From positions 5,100,001-5,132,000 of the forward strand of contig NC_009483.1 of NCBI RefSeq assembly GCF_000016745.1: DNA of 32,000 nt, read 5' to 3'. Source of the stretch: Geotalea uraniireducens Rf4 (GTDB taxonomy: Bacteria > Desulfobacterota > Desulfuromonadia > Geobacterales > Geobacteraceae). This document shows, one piece after another, positions 1 through 8,689 of the stretch; position 1 is the first letter of the stretch, and the number at the start of each line of letters is the position of its first letter. The notes under the pieces are model-generated. The model saw only the letters and a program-made list of their open reading frames with translations. It made no database searches and had not been told where the DNA came from. Position numbers and translations under genes: made by a program.

Positions 1-900
1 TGCGACGACGTTAAGTGTTGCCGCCATTTCTTCCGTTGCCACGGCAACCGACATGGCCTGCTCTTTCTGGTCGGTTGTTGCCGATACGGTCTTGTTGGCT
101 CCCAAGGCTACGGTGCATACCGATACGGAAATATTTCCCGCCTGCTGGTAAAGTGATGAAATTATTTCACGGAGCTTGGAGATCAGATGGTTGATTTCAA
201 CGGCAAGCTGGCCGATCTCGTCTTTGGAGCGCACCGGAATTTCCTTGGTAAGGTCTCCCTCGCCCCGGGCAATGAGTTTTAATTTTTCCGAGAAATCCAG
301 GAGGTCCTTGACGATCGTCTTTTTGAAGAAAAAGTACATTGCGCATAACATGACGAGGAAGAAAAATACGCCCGCAGCGGTAAGCAGAATTGTCAGATTT
401 ATTGCGCTCTTATAGCCGTCTTCCAGGGACGTGGTCAGAAGAATGGCGCCCAGAAATTTGGGCGCTGCGTCGTGGCATTGCTTGCACCGCTCTTCGTTAA
501 CAAGAGGAACAGCGGAGTTGAGTGTATGAAGACCATTTTCTTTCAGTTTGATTTCCAACGGCTTACCGCTGTTGATTGATTTTATGACATCGGGGTTCAC
601 TGCGGCACTTGCCGTGGCGGGTTCCTTCCCTTCCGCATCGTAAATTTTCAGGTCAATGGCAAATCGTTTTTCCTTTGCCTCCTTGATAAATTTTTCAACC
701 GCTTTTGAATCACCTTTCATCATGTATTCGGCAATGTCATTACTGATAATGGCCGCAATGTTGCGACTGTTTTTTACCTGTAAATCCATTGTCGCATTGT
801 ATTCAAGCCACAGAGCCATGCTTCCCATGGCAGCGAAGCCCAGACAAAGGGTGATGCCGATTATTCCCAGTATTTTATGAATCAGTTTGTTTTTGAACAT
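1..900 (-). CDS. Methyl-accepting chemotaxis protein, N-terminal ~300 aa only (3' end beyond the left edge), with a CXXCH haem-c motif in the periplasmic sensor domain
   Basis: Reverse-strand translation from ATG (898-900) reads MFKNKLIHKILGIIGITLCLGFAAMG (TM1). About 145 aa of periplasmic domain follow, ending VPLVNEERCKQCHDAAPKF, then TM2 (LTILLTAAGVFFFLVMLCAMYFFF). A HAMP-like stretch follows (DLLDFSEKLKLIARGEGDLTKEIPVRSKDEIGQLAVEINHLISKL), then the start of the signalling domain (EEMAATLNVVA). RBS GAGGGG lies 7 nt upstream. An alternative ATG is at 904-906. The ORF is absent from the track because it runs off the edge. Confidence 0.85.
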   Translation of the reverse strand, partial: MFKNKLIHKILGIIGITLCLGFAAMGSMALWLEYNATMDLQVKNSRNIAAIISNDIAEYMMKGDSKAVEKFIKEAKEKRFAIDLKIYDAEGKEPATASAAVNPDVIKSINSGKPLEIKLKENGLHTLNSAVPLVNEERCKQCHDAAPKFLGAILLTTSLEDGYKSAINLTILLTAAGVFFFLVMLCAMYFFFKKTIVKDLLDFSEKLKLIARGEGDLTKEIPVRSKDEIGQLAVEINHLISKLREIISSLYQQAGNISVSVCTVALGANKTVSATTDQKEQAMSVAVATEEMAATLNVVA

Positions 901-1078
901 GTGCATACCCCTCAAATTTTGATGCATTTAACGGTTATAAGTAGTTATCGGCATAAAGAAATAATCCTTTAGCTATGCCGGGAGATTTTTCACCCGGGGA
1001 TAATGCCGTCACACGCTGAATACCGCCCAAGCGATGGGTATGGCTGAAACGGAAAATAAAAGGATTAAGAGAAAAACC

Positions 1079-1156
1079 GATTAGTACCAATCTTCCGAAA
1101 GACCAAGTCCCCCTTTCTCAAAGGGGGGGAACTTCTGCGGAAGATTAGTGCTAATC
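1079..1156. repeat. Nested imperfect inverted repeat (78 bp long hairpin) just downstream of the SNF2 gene 3' end
   Basis: The outer arm GATTAGTACCAATCTTCCG (1079-1097) pairs with CGGAAGATTAGTGCTAATC (1138-1156), 17 of 19 positions. The inner hairpin is CCCCCTTT-ctc-AAAGGGGG (1109-1127). No clean U-run follows on either strand. Confidence 0.6.
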
Positions 1157-1210
1157 TGGAGAGAAAAAATGGATGGGAGCGGGTACGGTGAGGCGCTTCT
1201 CCGCAGAGCT

Positions 1211-4200
1211 TCACGGAGCGAGAAGAAAATCAAAATCCTCTTTCGAGAGGGATACTCCGCCGGCGCCGGCCGTGTCGTCGAGAAGCGCCCGGTAGAGCTT
1301 GAGCTTGCGCTCCTTGAGCGCCATCATCTTCTCCTCGACGGTATGGCGCATCAGGAGCCGGTTGACGGTGACCTGGGCCGTCTGGCCTATGCGGTGGGCG
1401 CGATCCGAGGCCTGGTTCTCGACGGCAGGGTTCCACCACGGGTCGAGATGGTAGACGTAGGTGGCGCGGGTCAGGTTGAGCCCCTTCCCTCCCGCTTTGA
1501 GGCTGATGAGAAAGACGAGCGGCTCCTCGCTCTGCTGGAACTGCCGCACCAGCTCCTTACGGCGTGGAACCGGGGTGGAGCCGTCAAGCCTTAAGGTAGC
1601 GAGCCCCCGCTGCTTGAGCCCTTCCTCCACCAGGTCCAGATAGCTGGTGAACTGGGAGAAGACCAGGGCGCTGTGTCCTTCGTCCCGCAGTTCCAGGAGA
1701 TTATCGGCGAGGCATTCCTGTTTGGGGGACTCCCCCTTGACGCCGGCGGTGACAAGGGCGGCGGACAGGCAGATCTGCCGCAGCCGCAGGATGGCGGTAA
1801 GCGCGATCATCCGCGCCTGCCCGGCCGCCTTGGCACGAAATGCCTCGTCCACTGCACCGCGCACCTCTTCGACAGTCCGCTGGTACAGCGCCCGCTGTTT
1901 CGGCGTCAGCTCCAGATAGAGGTCCATTTCAATGCGCGGCGGCAATTCATCGGCAATCATCTGTTTCGAGCGGCGCAGGACGAAGGGGCGGGTGCGGCGG
2001 ATCAGGGTGTCGATCCCCCCCGTTCCCCGGATGTCGATGCGGCGCCTGAACTCCTGATAGGGGCCGAGGAGCCCCGGCACGCAGAGGTCCATGATGGCGA
2101 AGTATTCTCCCAGGTGGTTCTCCATCGGCGTGCCGGTGAGGGCGAGCTTGAAGCGTCCGTTGATCCGCCGCGCCGCGCCGGTCGTGGCCGTCTGGATATT
2201 CTTCACCTGCTGTGCCTCGTCAAAGATGACGACGTTGAAAGGAAGCGTTTCCAGCGTCTCGATGTCCCGCTGGAGGATGCCGTAGCTGGTCAGGACGATG
2301 TCGGCAGCGGAGAAGTCGAGGGTGCGCCGCGGGCCGGTGTAGGAGACTATCCGCAGGGCAGGATAGAAGCGGGCGAGTTCGCTCTCCCAGTTGAAGAGGA
2401 GCGAAGGAGGCACGACGATCAGGTGCGGCGTGCCTGCGACAGCGGCGGAGTCGATCTGCCCCTCGGCGATGCCGCCGAGGAAGGCGATGGTCTGGACGGT
2501 TTTACCGAGCCCCATGTCGTCGGCGAGGCAGGCGCCGAAGCGGTGCTCGTAGAGGAAGGAGAGCCATTCGTACCCCTCGTGCTGATAGGGCCGCAGCATT
2601 GTCTTGAGCCCGGCCGGGAGGCGGCGCTCCGGAATCCGCTCCAGTCGGGTGAGATTGGCAAGAAGCCTTTCATCCTCCACGGGCAGGCGCAAAGTGACCC
2701 CGTGGGCCCGCAGTTCCAGCCAGTCGAGGATTTGCAACCGCGGGATGCGGACCGGCTCGGATTTCCGCCGTTTCTTCCCCTTCCCCTTCCCCTTCCCCGC
2801 CGTCCCGCCGAACAGAAGCTGCAGGATGCGGCGCTGCTCGTCGTCAAGGAGATAGCAGGCGTTCCCCTGCCGCAAAACACCTCCCTCCAGGACCGCCAGG
2901 ATATCCTCTTCCGCGAGCAGCTCGCCATTGCAGCGGATTTCCGGATTGAGCTCGAACCAGTCGATGGCGTGCCGCGAAGCTTCCACGAAAAAATTCCAGC
3001 TTCCTGTCGTCAGCGGTTCCCCGCGGAAACGGAGGCCGAAGCCCGCAGTCTGAAGGGTGGCGGCAAGCTCGCCGAGCCGCGGCAGGAACCCGCTGCGGGG
3101 AAGCTCCATCCCGCCGGGCAGGTCGCTGCTGACGAAGGGGTCGATGCCGAACAGCCGGTAGATGGTTTCTATGAGCCGCACCTGGGCCTTCCGCTCGTCG
3201 GCCGTAAAACGCCAGCCATCCCCGGCGGCATGAAGCAGCAGCACCGGTTCCGCGCAATTCTTGACAAAGGCGGCGATCAGCCGGCTGGCCTCGGATTTCA
3301 CCTTCCGCTTGATGAAATCCGGTGACGCCAAGGCGCGCCGGATCGTCGCGGCGCGAGCCGAGGCGCTGGAGGCCTCCAGGGCGGGAAAGCACCCTTCGAT
3401 GATCGCCGTGAGCCGTTTTTTCGTCTTGAGTGGCTGGCTCAACACGCTTCTGCGCGCAGGATCAAGCAGCCAGAACATTTCCCCGGAAAACGGGAAGCTG
3501 AAACCTCCCGCGTCGCCCATGGGAGCGAGCCGGATCGTTTCGCTTTCCAGGTCGCTCAAGATCTCCAGGAAATAGGCCGCGCCGGCCGTCGCTGACGGCT
3601 CGGCGGGAACGCCGTCGGCAAGAAAGCGGCAGCAGGCGGCAAACTCCGGTATCCGCTCCGGGTGTATCCTGAGTGCGGCATGGTTGAACAGGGACGCGCT
3701 CACCGTGACTCCGCCCCGAAAACGTCGAACCTTTTCGTCGCTCAGTTCCCCGGCGGCCAGGATTTCGTCCTGCACCGATTCCCACAATCCCCATGCTCCG
3801 ATGCCGATTACGGGACGAATCGTCCCCGCAGCGGGGTCGAAGAGGCACTCTCCCATGATGCGCGCTCCTTCGCCAAGAGCCGTGTCATCGGCAAAGCCGC
3901 GGGTTACGGTGACGGCTCCCCCATCGATGGCGAAGGTGACGCACGCAGAGAGAGGGGAGGTATCCTGGTAGGTCAGGGCAACCTCCTCCCCGTTCTTGCG
4001 GCGCAAGACAATGGAATAATTGCCGCTCAGGGTTGAGAAATCGTGCAAATAACTTATCGTCGGCTCGAAGAAGTAGTGTCTGGACTGAAATTTCTGCAGG
4101 TCGGCCGGGGCGGATGTCCAGTTATATAGCGGCAGGTCGCCGCAACGTACGCTACCCCATAGCTGTCCATTCCCCTCTTCCAGCACCAGCCGATACGGTC

Positions 4201-4705
4201 GCGACACCGTCTTTTTCATTTCGGATGCCGTGGCCGTAAGCGTTACATGGGGGTAACGGGTTCGCACAACGGGTCGCGGCGCAGGGCGCTGTGGGGAGTC
4301 GGTCGAGGCCTGGTCAAGCCCGACCAGGCGTGCGACGTCCTGCAGATGCCCCTCGTTGAAGCGGATCTGGGAAAGGGCGCCGGGCGAGACGAGACGCTTG
4401 AGGATCGCCCATGCAGCCGCCACATGCGGGCATTGCCGCACTGGAGCCCAGCCACGGCAGCTGCACTCGGTTTCCAGTCGTTCCCCGGCAACGGCAAGGG
4501 TAAGCCGGTGGCGCGCGTACAGGTCTATGGTCAGAGATGTCCCGTCGGCGCTCCATTCAGCTCCCGTGATGGGGGAGCGCAGGCATTCGAGGGCGCCTTC
4601 GAGCAGGTTACTCTTGTCGACCAGGCTATAAAGCGCCCCCGGCGGGGTGTTGCGCAACAAGGCAAGGACGGGCGGCAGCTCGGGTGGAGAAGAATTGGAG
4701 GTCAT
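1211..4705 (-). CDS. SWIM zinc-finger + SNF2-family (Snf2/Rad54-like) helicase, 1164 aa
   Basis: The N-terminal CSCRGWAPVRQCPH fits the SWIM signature CxCxnCxH. Helicase motifs present: LADDMGLGKT (I), DEAQQVKN (II), LTGTPMENHL (III), LKAGGKGLNLTRATYVYHLDPWWNPAVENQASDRAHRIGQ (V/VI). Confidence 0.9.
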   Translation of the reverse strand: MTSNSSPPELPPVLALLRNTPPGALYSLVDKSNLLEGALECLRSPITGAEWSADGTSLTIDLYARHRLTLAVAGERLETECSCRGWAPVRQCPHVAAAWAILKRLVSPGALSQIRFNEGHLQDVARLVGLDQASTDSPQRPAPRPVVRTRYPHVTLTATASEMKKTVSRPYRLVLEEGNGQLWGSVRCGDLPLYNWTSAPADLQKFQSRHYFFEPTISYLHDFSTLSGNYSIVLRRKNGEEVALTYQDTSPLSACVTFAIDGGAVTVTRGFADDTALGEGARIMGECLFDPAAGTIRPVIGIGAWGLWESVQDEILAAGELSDEKVRRFRGGVTVSASLFNHAALRIHPERIPEFAACCRFLADGVPAEPSATAGAAYFLEILSDLESETIRLAPMGDAGGFSFPFSGEMFWLLDPARRSVLSQPLKTKKRLTAIIEGCFPALEASSASARAATIRRALASPDFIKRKVKSEASRLIAAFVKNCAEPVLLLHAAGDGWRFTADERKAQVRLIETIYRLFGIDPFVSSDLPGGMELPRSGFLPRLGELAATLQTAGFGLRFRGEPLTTGSWNFFVEASRHAIDWFELNPEIRCNGELLAEEDILAVLEGGVLRQGNACYLLDDEQRRILQLLFGGTAGKGKGKGKKRRKSEPVRIPRLQILDWLELRAHGVTLRLPVEDERLLANLTRLERIPERRLPAGLKTMLRPYQHEGYEWLSFLYEHRFGACLADDMGLGKTVQTIAFLGGIAEGQIDSAAVAGTPHLIVVPPSLLFNWESELARFYPALRIVSYTGPRRTLDFSAADIVLTSYGILQRDIETLETLPFNVVIFDEAQQVKNIQTATTGAARRINGRFKLALTGTPMENHLGEYFAIMDLCVPGLLGPYQEFRRRIDIRGTGGIDTLIRRTRPFVLRRSKQMIADELPPRIEMDLYLELTPKQRALYQRTVEEVRGAVDEAFRAKAAGQARMIALTAILRLRQICLSAALVTAGVKGESPKQECLADNLLELRDEGHSALVFSQFTSYLDLVEEGLKQRGLATLRLDGSTPVPRRKELVRQFQQSEEPLVFLISLKAGGKGLNLTRATYVYHLDPWWNPAVENQASDRAHRIGQTAQVTVNRLLMRHTVEEKMMALKERKLKLYRALLDDTAGAGGVSLSKEDFDFLLAP
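2775..2798. repeat. In-frame hexanucleotide tandem repeat (TTCCCC)x4 inside the SNF2 gene, encoding (GK)4
   Basis: The direct read is ttcccc ttcccc ttcccc ttcccc. The minus-strand protein reads GTAGKGKGKGKKRRKSEP, a basic low-complexity linker just upstream of the helicase core. Confidence 0.9.
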
Positions 4706-4822
4706 GGTCTCGTACTATCCGTCATGAGGGTGAGAAAATCCGTCCATAATAAAAAGGGTATGGGAGTAGGTCAATCAAAATAATGGTTGACCCGGCGAGA
4801 CCCGGCGGGTTTTAATACGACG

Positions 4823-5740
4823 ATGAACGACAAAATCGACAATTCTCCTGTTTCAAACGGCAAGGCTCTCTTCTGGCTGGTCGTCACCACCGTCCTCTGG
4901 GGGGGGAGCTTCGTCTTCAACAAGATCGGCTTTCGAGAGATTCCACCGGTCATGTTTCTCTTCCTGCGTTTTCTTCTCGCGACCATCGTCATGGGCCTGA
5001 TCTGTATCCCCAGGCTTCGGCAGGTGAACCTGGAGATCATTAAAAAAGGGGGGCTGCTGGGAATGGCGCTGGCCGCCGCCAATCTCTCCTTTGTCATCGG
5101 CGTAAACGGCACGACTGTCACCAGGGCCGGTTTTCTCAACAACCTCTTCGTCCTCATCGTGCCGCTGCTCTGTTTCATTATTTGGCGGGACAAGGTAGAC
5201 AGGCTGACCTTTGCCGGAATTTTTCTGGCAGCGTTCGGCATCGGAGGGCTGGCCAGCGGCGGCGGATTCAGCCACGGCGACCTGTATTCCACCATCTGCG
5301 CCCTTTTTATCGCTATCCACATCATCGCCGTCTCCAGGCTTTTGCGCAGCGGAGATGTCTATCTGGTCACGCTGTCCCAATTTGCCACCGTAACCGCCAT
5401 CGGCGGCATCCTCACCGTCATCCTGCCGGAGCAGCCGTTTCACATCGGCCCGGTTTCCGCCGGCGCGCTCCTCTACTGCGCCATCTTCCCGACTGTCATC
5501 TGCTTCACCCTGCAAAACACCTTTCAGCGTTACACCACGCCGACCCGCGCCGGCCTCATCTATACCCTCGATCCGGTCTGGAGCATGCTGGGGGGATTTG
5601 TCCTTTTGGGAGAACGGCTGAACACCAGGGAATGGCTCGGCTGCGGGCTGATCTTCGGCGCTGTCGCCGTGCCGCTGCTGGTGAAACTGTCCATCGAGCG
5701 GCGGGCCGTCGGCCACTATCGATCGCAGACCTCGGAATAA
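4823..5740 (+). CDS. EamA/DMT-superfamily permease
   Basis: MNDKIDNSPVSNGKALFWLVVTTVLWGGSFVFNKIGFREIPP is followed by about 10 hydrophobic helices in a two-EamA-repeat layout. The track ORF begins at TTG 4787. ATG 4823 is preferred but the start is uncertain. Confidence 0.8.
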   Translation: MNDKIDNSPVSNGKALFWLVVTTVLWGGSFVFNKIGFREIPPVMFLFLRFLLATIVMGLICIPRLRQVNLEIIKKGGLLGMALAAANLSFVIGVNGTTVTRAGFLNNLFVLIVPLLCFIIWRDKVDRLTFAGIFLAAFGIGGLASGGGFSHGDLYSTICALFIAIHIIAVSRLLRSGDVYLVTLSQFATVTAIGGILTVILPEQPFHIGPVSAGALLYCAIFPTVICFTLQNTFQRYTTPTRAGLIYTLDPVWSMLGGFVLLGERLNTREWLGCGLIFGAVAVPLLVKLSIERRAVGHYRSQTSE

Positions 5741-5795
5741 GGGCCTCTCAAGAAATAAGTGTCGCAATATGGCGCTCGGATTTGGGTCAGAAGTA

Positions 5796-6818
5796 TCAGA
5801 AGCGCCTGCTCAGCGCCAGATGGAACGCAATATCCGGCGATGTATCGACGGCGACGTCCTCGGAAACGCCGATGTCCAGCGCGGTCCGCTCCGAAAAGGC
5901 GATGGTGCCGCCGATCAAAAGCTGCAGCGCGCTGCCGGTCAACTCCCTCAGGTCGCTGTCGCGGTAGAAGGGGGTATGGCCGGAGAGCTGCGTCTTAAAG
6001 GCAATGACCTCCGCCGGACTCCAGCCGATGCCGAGGGTGCCGAACCCAACGACGTTCCTCTGTTGCCCCTTCAGCACGTCGCCGTCGCTCATGCCCATCC
6101 CGCCGACCGCGCCGAACAGGCCCAGATGGCCGCCCGACGGCAAGCCATAGTCGTCGCTCCCCGTCAGCCAGAGGGCAAAATCGGTGCTGCCGCTGCCGTG
6201 AAGCCTGGCGCTCTCGCCGGTGGGGAATTTCAGGCTGGCGCGCAACGCGAGCGCCCGCGGGTTCTTCTTCCCATCGTCATACAGCTGAAAACCTCCGGAA
6301 AGGCGCAGGTCCCCTACCCCGAAGCTGGAATCGTCTATCCGCAACCGCTCCTGTCCGTTTTTGCTGTAATCATAAAGAAGCCGGTTACGCGGCGCCTCTT
6401 TCCTCCCCCCCTGCGGCAGGGCAAAAAAGTCATGCCACCCTTCGATGAATCCGTCCAGGAAACCACCTCCCTGGCCCACCAACGGGAGATCGATCCCACC
6501 CTCAATCCCTTTCCCGATGCCGTAACGAAAGGCAAGGGTGGTACGGTAGCTCTCGCCGTCCAGCAGGATGGCTTCCCCTGTCAGGCCGTTGCTGCCTTGG
6601 GCGAAATTATTCGCCACATCAAGGACCAGCACCCCTGCTCCATGTCCGGGAGGCAGGACAATGGCGCTGCCTGCGGCGGGAAGACCGAAAATCTGCACCA
6701 GCGGGCTCTGGTTCTGGGTGTAGAAGGGGGTTATTTCTGCGGCAGATAGCGGTCGCTCAGAAAGGGGCAGTATGCCGAGCATGGCGAGAAACGGGAAGAT
6801 GATCTTGTTGATTTTCAT
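5796..6818 (-). CDS. Secreted outer-membrane beta-barrel-like protein of unknown function (resembles DUF3187 family, from memory)
   Basis: From internal ATG 6818 the signal peptide is MKINKIIFPFLAMLGILPLSERPLSAAE. The body is Gly-rich with alternating polarity, and the C-terminus ends ...IAFHLALSRRF (terminal Phe, typical OMP signature). The track ORF extends to 6908, but that extension has no signal peptide. Confidence 0.7.
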   Translation of the reverse strand: MKINKIIFPFLAMLGILPLSERPLSAAEITPFYTQNQSPLVQIFGLPAAGSAIVLPPGHGAGVLVLDVANNFAQGSNGLTGEAILLDGESYRTTLAFRYGIGKGIEGGIDLPLVGQGGGFLDGFIEGWHDFFALPQGGRKEAPRNRLLYDYSKNGQERLRIDDSSFGVGDLRLSGGFQLYDDGKKNPRALALRASLKFPTGESARLHGSGSTDFALWLTGSDDYGLPSGGHLGLFGAVGGMGMSDGDVLKGQQRNVVGFGTLGIGWSPAEVIAFKTQLSGHTPFYRDSDLRELTGSALQLLIGGTIAFSERTALDIGVSEDVAVDTSPDIAFHLALSRRF

Positions 6819-6849
6819 GGCAAGGTTCCGTGCTGGTCGTTGGCTGTAA

Positions 6850-6885
6850 ATCAAGAGCCCTGAAGTTTCCAACAGGGCTCTTGAT
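6850..6885 (-). terminator. Hairpin between the two OMP genes (weak intrinsic terminator or attenuator)
   Basis: ATCAAGAGCCCTG (6850-6862) pairs with CAGGGCTCTTGAT (6873-6885), a 13-bp stem. On the minus strand it is followed only by TTTAC. Confidence 0.4.
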
Positions 6886-6923
6886 GAGAGGAGCATAGTT
6901 CCAAGCATGCCAAAAAATTGTCT

Positions 6924-8453
6924 TTAAAACAAGAAATTAAACTGGGCCTGTACCCGCGCCTCCTGGGGATATGTCTTTCCCTCGTATAGCGCCGTATCCA
7001 GTGAATAGGCGCCATCGATGTCCATGTTGAACCACTTGGTGCCGAAGGTCAGGCCTGCCGTGGCGGTGGGGCCGATCCCGCCGTCCGCAATGTTGCTGTA
7101 CATGCCGCCGCGCAGCTTGAACCAGGATAGCCCGTGCCATTCGAAGCCGCCGCCGACGGTGCGGTTCTTGAACCCTTCCGCCGCCACCACGGTCTCGTTC
7201 TCCGTCAGGTCGAGGTCCGCGGCCAGGGTGAGCCACTTGTAGGGGTCAAACGACACCCCCATCCGTACCTGCGGTTTCAGTCTCACCTTGCCGCCGGAAC
7301 CGACCAGGACATCGCCTTTTTTGTTTTTGATATCAGGGGCATCGAATTCGGGAGTATTCAGGTTCTTGGCGACGATGCCCACATTGAACCAGTCGCTGTA
7401 GCGCCAGAGAGCACCCAGGTCAAAGCCGAAGTTGGTGGAGTCCTTGAAATTCTTGGTCAGCTCTTTGGTGATGTCGCTCGACGTGACTGTCGATCCGCTT
7501 TTCATGAGGTAGGTCTGCGACTGGTAGACACGGCCGGCGATCACCTTGGCCGTGGCGCCGAGTCCCAGGGTACCGAAGGAGCCGAGGTTGAACGCATGTC
7601 CGTAGGAGAGGGGGAACTCGATATATGCCAGGCTACGGGTCAGGACCGAGGTGGTGTTGTTGTCCAAAGTAGGTGCTTTTGTGGGATCAGAAGGAGGTGG
7701 GGCCGTGAACGTTGTCGCCATGCTGATTAAGGTGCTGGCAACCTGCTGGGGGGACATACCGGAGCCTGTCATCTGGGCATCGGTGGCGTTGACGAGACCA
7801 TTTGCCTCAGTTGCGGTAAAGCCGTTACTTGTCAAAGCAGAGTTGATTTGTCCACGGAGCGATGTCGGCCCCGTATCGGCCCCGAAAAATTGCGTCGAAG
7901 GGGCCGCCCCTATGGTCGGCGCGGCGAATTCGGCAGGGGTAACCTGGACGTTGGTATTATCCTGTTGCGGCAAGATGTTGACCGTGTCCGGCTCCGGCTG
8001 GGCAAACCCTTCAATCGTCCCGAATGCGCCGAACGCAACGTGGTTGATCTGAAAACCGAACACCGCGTTGCCGTTGACAGCCAGGGTACCTTTTTTCTCC
8101 TTGATGTCGTTGAGAATCGTGATCGCCTTGACCGTGTCGGTCACGTCCTGCGGCGAGGAAGTCCCGGAGATTTTGCTGAATTTGTCGAAATTCATATTGC
8201 CGAGCAGGTCGACGTTGTCGGCAAGACCGTCATTGACCTTCAGGCCGACGCTGACGTCGATTCTGCTGGTAAAGGACTTGTCGCTGAAGGCGAGCCCGGC
8301 CGGGTTCCAGTATGGAGCGTAGGCGTCATAGGTCCGCGCCACCCCCGCCCCGCCGATCCCCAGCGTGCCCATGGGCTGAAATTCCGCCCCCATCGCCGTG
8401 CCGGTCGCGGCAACCATGAAAAGAGACAAAAACATACAGATATTGCGCTTCAT
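6924..8453 (-). CDS. Outer-membrane beta-barrel protein (family often annotated TraF-like / FadL-like OMP), ~509 aa
   Basis: From ATG 8453, with RBS GGGAGGG 5 nt upstream, the signal peptide is MKRNICMFLSLFMVAATGTAMGAEF. GIGGAGVARTYDAYAPYWNPAGLAF follows. The C-terminal strands alternate in polarity and end QAQFNFLF. A central Thr/Ser/Ala/Pro-rich low-complexity segment is present. Confidence 0.75.
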   Translation of the reverse strand: MKRNICMFLSLFMVAATGTAMGAEFQPMGTLGIGGAGVARTYDAYAPYWNPAGLAFSDKSFTSRIDVSVGLKVNDGLADNVDLLGNMNFDKFSKISGTSSPQDVTDTVKAITILNDIKEKKGTLAVNGNAVFGFQINHVAFGAFGTIEGFAQPEPDTVNILPQQDNTNVQVTPAEFAAPTIGAAPSTQFFGADTGPTSLRGQINSALTSNGFTATEANGLVNATDAQMTGSGMSPQQVASTLISMATTFTAPPPSDPTKAPTLDNNTTSVLTRSLAYIEFPLSYGHAFNLGSFGTLGLGATAKVIAGRVYQSQTYLMKSGSTVTSSDITKELTKNFKDSTNFGFDLGALWRYSDWFNVGIVAKNLNTPEFDAPDIKNKKGDVLVGSGGKVRLKPQVRMGVSFDPYKWLTLAADLDLTENETVVAAEGFKNRTVGGGFEWHGLSWFKLRGGMYSNIADGGIGPTATAGLTFGTKWFNMDIDGAYSLDTALYEGKTYPQEARVQAQFNFLF

Positions 8454-8689
8454 TACACCCTCCCAATTGATCCTTTTGGTTACTTCATGCCAAGGAAATC
8501 GTCTCCATCCTATCTTAATGAGAGCCATTCTTGCCACAAAAAAACAACCGCAATTTTAATCTTGCCCATTATGAGCGACGTTCATTCTATAATCGGCGCA
8601 TACGATAATAAACTTGAATTCGCCCGTTAATCTGCGATATCCTTCCCGTTGCACACTATAAATACAGCCGGTCGTGGAGATGCATTTTC

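Noticed and set aside
1673-3325. 550-aa + strand ORF, plus several other long ORFs antisense to annotated genes: 4853-5767(-), 5769-6749(+), 7848-8630(+), 10166-10924(-), 16508-17488(+), 28673-29152(+), 30649-31458(+).
   Set aside because: Each lies entirely opposite a gene with unmistakable family motifs (SNF2, EamA, OMPs, PBP1A, PrfC, lipoprotein, MnmG). Their translations are Arg/Ala/Gly/Pro-rich low-complexity strings typical of antisense frames in GC-rich DNA, and they have no motifs or RBS.
1211-4705. The SNF2 helicase as part of a multi-gene anti-phage defence island (DISARM, Zorya, BREX-like).
   Set aside because: The flanking genes are an MCP and an EamA transporter. No methyltransferase, nuclease, PLD, ZorA/B-like or other defence partner is present, so only a stand-alone role can be proposed.
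6890-6915. TTGGCATGCTTGGAAC on the minus strand upstream of the DUF3187-like gene, as a sigma54 promoter.
   Set aside because: There is no GC dinucleotide at the -12 position with correct spacing. It also lies upstream of the inter-gene hairpin, so it is probably coincidental.
8562-8593. A perfect TATAAT (8588-8593) upstream of the PBP1A gene as a promoter.
   Set aside because: The only -35-like hexamer (TTGCCC, 8562-8567) is 20 nt away, which is too far. Without an extended -10 TG or TSS data I do not call it.
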